DNA of 24,000 nt, taken from Candidatus Nanopelagicales bacterium. GTDB lineage: Bacteria; Actinomycetota; Actinomycetes; S36-B12; CAIYMF01. The DNA is taken from contig DATCCY010000155.1 of NCBI GenBank assembly GCA_036510975.1, forward strand, positions 3,035-27,034, in the 5' to 3' direction. The notes beneath the pieces were generated by a model. That model saw nothing but the letters and a program-made list of their open reading frames with translations, was not told the DNA's origin and made no database searches. The position numbers and the translations under genes are program-made. Below, piece after piece: positions 17,577 through 24,000 of this stretch. Position 1 is the first letter of the stretch. Every line of letters begins with the position of its first letter.

Positions 17577-17748
17577 GTGCCACCTCCAGGGACGGTGGAG
17601 TGGTGCAGGTACGGCTGCCCGAGCGGCCCGTGGTCGGGAGTGTAGGGAGACCGACGCCGCGCGTGCGTCATTTCGCGCGACAAACTTCCTGCGAATGCGC
17701 TGAGCGCACATCGGCTGTCGCCCAACGGTTTTCGACGGAGAGGGTGGG
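17577..17748 (-). promoter_or_regulatory. Largest intergenic gap in the - strand array, candidate promoter/operator of the hydrogenase structural operon
   Basis: The gap is 172 nt and locally less GC-rich. On the - strand, TACACT (17639-17644) is a TAnnnT -10 candidate about 60 nt upstream of the GTG. A perfect 13-bp palindrome TGCGCT-N-AGCGCA lies at 17696-17708. No transcription data are available. Confidence 0.3.
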
Positions 17749-18591
17749 TTAGGCGACCCTAATGGAAGCGGAATTCCTGAGTGCGCTTGCAGGCGTGCGG
17801 GCCCACCCGCTCCGCCCGGGTGGCTGCACCCGGGGTGTCCTCACGGAGTCGGTGCCGTCGGGCTCCGCGTCGACGGTCTCGAGCAGCGCATCGGCGAAGC
17901 CGATCGTCGCGTGCGAGCCGTCGCAGAACGGCTTGTTCGACGACGCGCCGCAGCGGCACAGCACCACGCGGTTGCGCACCGGGTACGGCGTACCGTCCGC
18001 GGCGGTGACCGCGATGCCGCCGCGCGGCCAGATGCCGCCGCTCGAGCGCTCGACGGGGTCCTCGACGAGCCCGATGGAGACCTCGAGCTGCGGCTCCACG
18101 GCCCGTGCGCCGTCCACCTTGTCGTAGGCCACGAGCCGGCCGCCGGGGCAGTGGCTCGCCTCGTGCGCCGTGATCTGCCGTGCGGCGTCGGTCGTCGTCT
18201 CGGCGACCACGTCCCACACCTTGCCGTGGCCGTCGCAGAAGCGCGCGAACGCGCACAGCGCCTCGGCGTCGGCGAGGTCCATCGTCGGCCCCTCGGACAG
18301 CACCGCCTGCTCCTCGTACGCCGACCGGCTCGCCGTCTCCGTGCCGTCGAACCCGACGCTCGCGTGCGTGTCGTCGCAGAACGGCTTGGTGGACGACCGG
18401 CCGCACCGGCAGCGGAGGAACTTCGCCCGGGTGGGCACCGTGGCGCCCTGCTTCCAGGTCCAGCTCGCGCCCTCGTCGTCGGTCGCGATCACCTGGTAGG
18501 CGACCGTGACCGGCCCGGTCACGAGGCAGGGCCCGTCCTCGGTGACCGCCACGGTGACCGCAGCCGGCGTGACGGCGTCGTCCTGGCTCAT
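17749..18591 (-). CDS. Iron-sulfur protein with two CDGSH-type domains flanking a ferredoxin-like mono-cluster segment
   Basis: 280 aa. The first motif is CRCGRSSTKPFCDDTH (aa 61-76) and the second is CRCGASSNKPFCDGSH (aa 212-227, exact CDGSH consensus). Each is preceded by a GP-x-LV-x-G-like strand. The central segment is C113-x5-C119...H147-C148-P. ATG at 18591 has an AGGAG 7 nt upstream and lies 22 nt after the DUF2252 stop. It is the only gene here ending in TAA. Confidence 0.85.
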   Translation of the reverse strand: MSQDDAVTPAAVTVAVTEDGPCLVTGPVTVAYQVIATDDEGASWTWKQGATVPTRAKFLRCRCGRSSTKPFCDDTHASVGFDGTETASRSAYEEQAVLSEGPTMDLADAEALCAFARFCDGHGKVWDVVAETTTDAARQITAHEASHCPGGRLVAYDKVDGARAVEPQLEVSIGLVEDPVERSSGGIWPRGGIAVTAADGTPYPVRNRVVLCRCGASSNKPFCDGSHATIGFADALLETVDAEPDGTDSVRTPRVQPPGRSGWARTPASALRNSASIRVA

Positions 18592-18613
18592 CCGTGCTCC
18601 TGTCCTCGGCCGC

Positions 18614-20089
18614 TCAGAGACCGGACAGCACGGCGACGCGACCGTCCGACGCGGCGGTGGCCAGGGCGGCGTGGTCGCGCTCGTTCACGTCCGCGTAGGC
18701 GGCGGCGAAGTCGGCGATCGCCTGCTCGAAGGTGTCCTTGCGCCCGAGGTACGCCGCGATCGCGACCCGGTCGCCGGACCGGGCGTGGGCGCGGGCGAGG
18801 GTCCACCCGCACAGCCCGGCGTAGAGCGGCATGCCCTCGGGCAGCATCTGCTCGGGGTCGAAGGAGCCCTTCCAGTCGCGCAGCTGCCGCAGGTAGAAGT
18901 CGCGCTCGACCGCGTCGACCCCCGTGGTCCGCTGCCACCCCAGGAAGATGTCGCTCGAGGCCTGCATCAGGTGCTGGCCGTTCACCACGCGCTGACCGTG
19001 GTTGGCGTACTTGCTCGCTCCCGCCACGCGCTCCAGCACGGAGGCGTTGGCCTCCTTCGCCTGCAGGAACATCGGGTCCGAGCCGTCGACGCCCTGCATC
19101 AGCAGGATCCACGCCCGGGTGCCCACGCTCCCGACACCCACGACCTTGCGGGCCACGTGCACCAGCTCGAACTGCTCGAGGAGCACGCGGCGGTCGGGCT
19201 GCAGGCTGCGCCGGTAGGACCGGACCAGGAGCCGGAGCTGGTGGTAGAGCTGCTCGGCGTCGACGCCCTCGACGAGGTCCTCGATGGGCACGACGAGCGG
19301 CGGGTCGGCCTTGATGCGGGGAACGCCGTCGACCGTCGTCGTGAGCTTCGCGAAGGCCTGCATGCTGTCGCGCGTGCGGGCCTTCGCGATCGTCGCCTCC
19401 GTCATCTTGAGCCGGTCGGGCCGCAGCTGCGACCCGAACTCGGCGACCGCGGCCTCGACGTCGAGGCTCGCGTACCAGACCTCGAGGTTGGTCATGGCGG
19501 CGAAGGAACGCATGGCGTTGCGGTAGGAGGCTCCCGCGGCGACCACGGCACGTCGTCGGTCCTTGGTCTTCCAGCCGTTCGCCCGGGCGGCGACCTCGAC
19601 GCTCGCGGCGAGCCGCTTCACGTCCCACTCGAAGGGCCCGGGCAGGGTCTCGTCGAAGTCGTTGGCGTCGAACACCAGGCGGCGCTCCGGGGAGCCGAAC
19701 ACGCCGAAGTTCGACAGGTGCGCGTCGCCGCACAGCTGGGCCTTGAGCCCGGAGCTCCGCGTGGCGCCGAGGTCGAGGGCCATGAGCAGCGCACCGCCGC
19801 GGTAGAACGCGAAGGGCGAGGTGAGCATCCGGCCGTAGCGGATCGGGACGAGGTCCGGCACCCGGGTGGCGGACTGCTCCTCGAGGAGGGCGATCGGGTC
19901 ACGGTCGGCGACCGGGTCGAGGACCGCCATCGAGGCCAGCGGCATCGCCGTGCGCGCCGCCTTCCCTCGAGCGGCCCGCTGCTCGCGCGAGAGGTGGACC
20001 ACCTTGCTCGGTGGCGGTGCCGTCGCAGCCTTGCCACCGAGGTCGGGCGGCCGCGCCGGGCCCGCCGACGACGCACGCTTCTCCGCCAC
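18614..20089 (-). CDS. DUF2252 domain protein
   Basis: 491 aa from GTG 20089. The sequence LVPIRYGRMLTSPFAFYRGGA...CGDAHLSNFGVFGSPERRLVFDANDFDETLPGPFEWDVKRL matches my memory of the DUF2252 family signature. The exact start is uncertain. Confidence 0.8.
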   Translation of the reverse strand: MAEKRASSAGPARPPDLGGKAATAPPPSKVVHLSREQRAARGKAARTAMPLASMAVLDPVADRDPIALLEEQSATRVPDLVPIRYGRMLTSPFAFYRGGALLMALDLGATRSSGLKAQLCGDAHLSNFGVFGSPERRLVFDANDFDETLPGPFEWDVKRLAASVEVAARANGWKTKDRRRAVVAAGASYRNAMRSFAAMTNLEVWYASLDVEAAVAEFGSQLRPDRLKMTEATIAKARTRDSMQAFAKLTTTVDGVPRIKADPPLVVPIEDLVEGVDAEQLYHQLRLLVRSYRRSLQPDRRVLLEQFELVHVARKVVGVGSVGTRAWILLMQGVDGSDPMFLQAKEANASVLERVAGASKYANHGQRVVNGQHLMQASSDIFLGWQRTTGVDAVERDFYLRQLRDWKGSFDPEQMLPEGMPLYAGLCGWTLARAHARSGDRVAIAAYLGRKDTFEQAIADFAAAYADVNERDHAALATAASDGRVAVLSGL

Positions 20090-20197
20090 GACCGACCATC
20101 CCCTCGCCTGCGCCGCCCGCCGACGTGGCGGACCACCTCACCCTGCCGCGGAGCGGAGCGCTTGTCGCGGCATTCGCCCAACCCGCGCCGCGGCCGG

Positions 20198-22237
20198 TCA
20201 GTACATCGGGGAGACGTCGTCGGGGTCCTCGGCCTCGCCGGGCCGGATCGAGTCGAGCCAGCCGGCGAGCACCGAGCGCTGCGCGGCGAACCGCTCGCCC
20301 AGGGTCGCGGGGTCGACCCCCCAGGACTGCAGCTGACCGAGCGCTGCGTCGCGCGCCTCCCCGATACGACGTGACAGCAGGCGGCGCACCGACCAGGCCA
20401 GCTCGCGCTCTCGGAGCGCGGCCTCGACGATCTCCTCGCGGTCGAACGGCAGGTCGTAGGCGCGCGCGACCGCGGCGGCCGTGTCGTAGCGGTAGTCGTG
20501 GCCGGGCGACGGGGTGAAGTCGCCCGGGCGCAGATTCATCGCGTTCTTGACGTCCGCCAGCTCGATGAGGAACGAGACGAGCGGCACGAACAGCCCGGTG
20601 GGTCGGCCCCAGTAGTCGACCGGGTGGCGCACGATCACGGTGGGATCCGCGATGCCCACGGGGTCGGTCGGGTGGGTGAGGTTGAGGTGACCGGGGATCG
20701 TGTCCAGCACCTGCTCGCGACCCGTCGCGTACTGCAGCCCACCCTTCGCGCGGATGGCCGGGTGCGCCGGACGCAGGACCCGGTCGGTGTCGCTGAAGAT
20801 CGGCACGCCGACGTAGAGACCGCCGTGGAAGCCGATCCCGGCGAGCTCGTCGACGAGGTCGGGTCCGAACGCGTCGAGGGCGACGATCGAGCCCAGCGAC
20901 TCGCCGAAGGTGTAGAGGCGGCCCTTCGGGTTCGAGGCGTAGGCCCGCTCGGCGATGGCCCGCGCATAGACGGCGTAGGCCTCCGCAGCACGTCGACGGC
21001 GGGGGAAGGCCACGGCCGAGGGCACGTTGGCGTAGGGCACGGCGACGGTGGCGCAGTCTCCCGCCGTGAGCAGCTCGAGGGTCTCGGTCTGGACGTAGGA
21101 CACGTAGCCGTCACCGGTCGGCGCCGCCAGCACGATGTGGCTCTTCTCGAAGCCACCGATGCGGTCGAGCTCGTCGACGACGACGGCCGCGTCCTGCGCC
21201 GGGTCGCCGGTCAGGGCGCTCAGCGGCACGAAGGCGCGCACCGGATCCTCGGCCGACGTGCCGAGCACCGCCTCGAGCTCCTCGAAGGTGTGCGCCTGCG
21301 ACACGAAACGGCGGCCCTCACGACCGAGGTCCTCGAAGTCCCAGGCCGACCCCGGACCTCCGGTGACGCCGACCCGCGACGGCACCGCGGCGTAGGCCGC
21401 CTCGAGCAGGATCTCCTGCACTGCGACCCGCGAGGAGTAGAACCCGAACCCGGCCAGCCCTGCGGCACCGAGCGCCACGACGAGCACGCCGTGGCCCGCG
21501 AAGCGGGCGACGGTCGGCGGCTCGTCCTCGCCGCTCAGGGCGCGCGCGATCACGGCCGCCGTGTGCGTCTCGAGGGCGAGCGCGGCCAGCGAGGCACCGG
21601 CGACAGCGGCCGCACGACCGACGGCGACAGGCAGGGTGGCACCCGACTGGAACGTCAGGTCGCGCGCCGAGCTCCCCTCGGCCGACGGCAGGGTGAAGTA
21701 GGCCAGCGCGCGCGGGTGGCGCGACGCAGCCGCGACCGCGGCACCCGCCACCAGCACGCTGGTGACCACGACGACGGGATGGCGCGGACGCAGGACCTCG
21801 GGCAGCACGACGCCCACGACGTCGGCCGCCGACACCGCCGCGCCGGCCGCGGCCGAGACTGCGACGACCTCCGCGACCGCACCGGAGGCGGCGACGGACA
21901 CGGGCAGCCGCTCGCCGGCTGCAGCGCCGGCACGGGCGCGGGCGCGCACCCGGACGGCCGCATAGCCGGCCCCGACCGCGAGCAGTCCCGTACCGAGCGC
22001 GGTACGGCGGTCGCGCTGCGCCTCGCTGCGGGTGCCGGGGACCACCGCGCTGCGCACCGCACCCGTGGTCGCCGAGGCGGCGGCGTAGACGAAGGCCATC
22101 GTCGCGCCCGACACAATCGCGCGGTCGAGCGCCGGGCGGGGCAGGGTGCCCGCCAGCCTCGTGACGGGGTAGACCGCCACTGCTGCGAGCAGACCCGCGC
22201 GACGGGCCTCGGTGCGGCTGACGGTGGGAAGCTTCAT
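20198..22237 (-). CDS. Membrane-anchored alpha/beta hydrolase (Abhydrolase_9-like: polytopic N-terminal domain plus C-terminal hydrolase)
   Basis: ATG at 22237 (MKLPTVSRTEARRAG) follows GAAGGCAGG. The first ~270 aa are Ala/Val/Gly-rich hydrophobic segments. The C-terminal half has the nucleophile elbow FGESLGS. Track ORF 20198..23410 continues upstream in frame, but that part overlaps the next hydrolase gene and is rejected. Confidence 0.75.
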   Translation of the reverse strand: MKLPTVSRTEARRAGLLAAVAVYPVTRLAGTLPRPALDRAIVSGATMAFVYAAASATTGAVRSAVVPGTRSEAQRDRRTALGTGLLAVGAGYAAVRVRARARAGAAAGERLPVSVAASGAVAEVVAVSAAAGAAVSAADVVGVVLPEVLRPRHPVVVVTSVLVAGAAVAAASRHPRALAYFTLPSAEGSSARDLTFQSGATLPVAVGRAAAVAGASLAALALETHTAAVIARALSGEDEPPTVARFAGHGVLVVALGAAGLAGFGFYSSRVAVQEILLEAAYAAVPSRVGVTGGPGSAWDFEDLGREGRRFVSQAHTFEELEAVLGTSAEDPVRAFVPLSALTGDPAQDAAVVVDELDRIGGFEKSHIVLAAPTGDGYVSYVQTETLELLTAGDCATVAVPYANVPSAVAFPRRRRAAEAYAVYARAIAERAYASNPKGRLYTFGESLGSIVALDAFGPDLVDELAGIGFHGGLYVGVPIFSDTDRVLRPAHPAIRAKGGLQYATGREQVLDTIPGHLNLTHPTDPVGIADPTVIVRHPVDYWGRPTGLFVPLVSFLIELADVKNAMNLRPGDFTPSPGHDYRYDTAAAVARAYDLPFDREEIVEAALRERELAWSVRRLLSRRIGEARDAALGQLQSWGVDPATLGERFAAQRSVLAGWLDSIRPGEAEDPDDVSPMY

Positions 22238-22317
22238 GACCTGCCTTCGGACGTGTCGCGTCAGACTACGACGTCCGATCCGCGACCCCGACGCTCCCTC
22301 CGCGACGACGCCGCGGG

Positions 22318-23151
22318 TCAGGAGGTGACGAAGTCGAGCACGAGCCGGTTGAACTCGTCCGCGTGCTCGATCTGGGTCCAGTGACCGCACCGGCCGAACA
22401 CGTGGAGCTGCACGTCGGGCACCGTGCGGAGCAGGTGCAGCGCGTTGTCCAGCGGGATGATGCGGTCCTCGCGCCCGTGCACCACGAGGGTGCGCTGCGG
22501 GAGCGCCGCGATCTCCTCGTCCGGCGTCACCATGGCGTCGACCCATCTCTGGCGCGGCGCCGGGAACATCGCGGCGAAGGACTCCTGGAAGCCCGGCTGC
22601 ACGCTCGCGCGGTAGCGCACCTCGGCGAGCTCGTCGGTCACCAGCTCGCGGGAGTGGGCGAACAGGCCGATCAGCTCCTTCATGCTCTCGATCGAGGGCT
22701 CGTAGCCCCACACCCGGTCGAGGCCGTCGGTGATCGGGAACGGGACGCCGACGCTGCCCATGAGGACCAGCCGGTCGACGCGGTCGGGATACCGCGCGGC
22801 GAGGCGCAGGGCGAGGGCACCGCCGAAGCTGTTGCCCACGACGGACGCCCGCTCGATGCCGAGCGCGTCGAGCAGGCCGACCACCTGACCGACCCAGGTG
22901 TCCATGTCGTACACGACGGTGTCGGGACGCTCGGTGAAGCCGAACCCGACGAGGTCGGGGGCGACGACGCGCACCCGCGTGGCCAGGGCCGGGATCGTGA
23001 GCCGCCAGTTCGCGTACGCCGTCACCCCTGGCCCCGAGCCGTGCAGCAGCAGGACGGGCGGGGCCGACGGGTCGCCGGCCTCGAGGTAGTTCGTCGCGAT
23101 CCCGGCGGCGAGGACGGACGCGCCGATCTCCGGACGTGCCTCCTGGGTCAT
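22318..23151 (-). CDS. Alpha/beta hydrolase of the meta-cleavage-product (C-C bond) hydrolase type (BphD/MhpC/HsaD-like)
   Basis: HGSGPGV oxyanion region, nucleophile GNSFGG, HGREDRIIP and CGHWTQIE (Ser-Asp-His). I prefer ATG at 23151 (GAGAGGG upstream). GTG at 23160 is an alternative start. Confidence 0.8.
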   Translation of the reverse strand: MTQEARPEIGASVLAAGIATNYLEAGDPSAPPVLLLHGSGPGVTAYANWRLTIPALATRVRVVAPDLVGFGFTERPDTVVYDMDTWVGQVVGLLDALGIERASVVGNSFGGALALRLAARYPDRVDRLVLMGSVGVPFPITDGLDRVWGYEPSIESMKELIGLFAHSRELVTDELAEVRYRASVQPGFQESFAAMFPAPRQRWVDAMVTPDEEIAALPQRTLVVHGREDRIIPLDNALHLLRTVPDVQLHVFGRCGHWTQIEHADEFNRLVLDFVTS

Positions 23152-23282
23152 GGGGCCCACCCTCTCGGACGCGCGCGACGCGGCGCCTGCCCGGTTCCCC
23201 TGGGCGGAACGTCGACCCTCCGCTGCGCCGTCGAGCGGTCCGCCGCCCCTGCGGGGCGACGGGGACGGCGGAGGTCGGTGGC

Positions 23283-24000
23283 GTGCGCGATGCTGGACCC
23301 GTGACCGACGGACCGCCGCTGCCCGCGGGAGCTCTGGCGCTGCGGTTCGCCTCCCAGCTGCTCCTCGCGGACAAGGGAGGCGACCCGCTCGAGGTCGTCG
23401 GCCGCATCACGGCGGTGCAGGCTCAGGACGCGCGCGGCTCCCTGCTCGCGGTACGCGCCCGGTCCCGCGGGCTCACCGCGGCCGACGTCGACCGCTGCCT
23501 CACCGACGAGCGTTCCCTGGTCGTCGACTGGCTCAACCGCGGCACCCTGCACCTCGTGCGGCGCGAGGACCACGGCTGGCTGCACGCCCTCACCGCACCT
23601 CGGCTGCGCACGGCGAGCGCGCGTCGCCTGACCCAGGAGGGCGTGTCGGCCGAGGCGACCGAGCGCGGCGTCGCCGTCGTGGCCCGTGAGCTGTCCCGCC
23701 ACGGGCCGCGCACCCGCGCCCAGCTGCGCGCCGCGCTCGACTCCGCCGGCGTGCCCACGGCCGGCCAGGCACTGGTGCACCTGCTGGTAGCCGCGTCGCT
23801 GCGCGGGGTCTGCCTGCGCGGCCCGGTGGTCGACGGCGAGCGCGCCTTCGTCCACGTCGGCGACTGGCTCGGGCCCCGGCCGGTCGTCGAGCGCACGACA
23901 GCGCTTCGGGAGCTGGCGCACCGCTACCTGCTCGGTCACGGGCCGGCCACCGACCGCGACCTCGCCTACTGGTCCGGGCTCCCGCTGCGCGACGTCCGCG
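23283..24000 (+). CDS. Winged-helix DNA-binding domain protein, YcaQ/DUF1006-like (3'-truncated by window edge)
   Basis: This gene is not in the ORF track because no stop is reached. I translated it by hand with no stop codon to nt 24000: ...LRFASQLLLADKGGDPLEVVGRITAVQAQDARGSLLAVRARSRGLTAADVDRCLTDERSLVVDWLNRGTLHLV.... The AVQAQD and TLHLV motifs are typical of this family. GTG at 23283 has a GGAGG 8 nt upstream, and GTG at 23301 is an alternative start. Confidence 0.7.
   Translation, partial: MRDAGPVTDGPPLPAGALALRFASQLLLADKGGDPLEVVGRITAVQAQDARGSLLAVRARSRGLTAADVDRCLTDERSLVVDWLNRGTLHLVRREDHGWLHALTAPRLRTASARRLTQEGVSAEATERGVAVVARELSRHGPRTRAQLRAALDSAGVPTAGQALVHLLVAASLRGVCLRGPVVDGERAFVHVGDWLGPRPVVERTTALRELAHRYLLGHGPATDRDLAYWSGLPLRDVR

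Noticed and set aside
16992-17711. An upstream ATG at 17711 as the start of the DUF1641/HucM-like gene (239 aa).
   Set aside because: There is no SD, the added 45 residues are Arg-rich and featureless, and the site lies upstream of the candidate -10 element. GTG 17576 has a GGAGGTG. This remains unproven, so I mention it in the findings.
18108-18119. A third copy of the 12-mer CGCCGTCCACCT, related to the direct repeat at 11891-11915, found inside the CDGSH gene in opposite orientation.
   Set aside because: It lies in coding sequence and corresponds to very common GC-rich codons (Val-Asp-Gly). One extra 12-mer match in 24 kb of biased sequence is compatible with chance.
20198-23410. A single 1070-aa ORF suggesting a giant fusion protein.
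   Set aside because: The part upstream of ATG 22237 is Arg/Pro/Gly-rich junk. It overlaps, in another frame, the well-supported hydrolase gene 22318..23151. A good SD-like sequence precedes the internal ATG at 22237.
23148-23939. A 263-aa - strand ORF at the right end of the window.
   Set aside because: It is antisense to the YcaQ-like gene, whose translation carries clear family motifs. The - strand product is low-complexity.

Overview
Very GC-rich, actinobacterial-type chromosomal window. The + strand at the left end carries the 3' part of kdpD, then kdpE, a hotdog-fold thioesterase and a DUF4870 membrane protein. From 4209 to 23151 all credible coding sequence is on the - strand (20 genes). 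A YcaQ-like winged-helix gene starts at 23283 on the + strand and runs off the window.

The core is a complete cytosolic [NiFe]-hydrogenase locus that I read as Huc-type (group 2a-like). In transcription order it contains:
- a DUF1641/HucM-like gene
- the small subunit (324 aa, no Tat signal)
- the large subunit (534 aa)
- a hupD-type protease
- five tightly coupled genes of unknown function: a 100-aa protein, a TPR protein, a 119-aa protein, a Cys-depleted Nfu-like protein and a six-bladed NHL propeller
- hypF-hypC-hypD-hypE-hypA-hypB

Upstream on the same strand are a double-CDGSH iron-sulfur protein coupled to a DUF2252 protein, a membrane-anchored Abhydrolase_9-type hydrolase and a meta-cleavage-product-type hydrolase.

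I saw no rRNA, tRNA, CRISPR, transposase, integrase, phage or recognisable defence genes. The hydrogenase itself belongs to a described family. The least explained parts are the five-gene accessory block, the CDGSH/DUF2252 pair placed directly upstream of the structural genes, and a few structured intergenic sites. The many long antisense ORFs in the track are GC-composition artefacts. All family assignments come from motif reading by eye and no searches were run.
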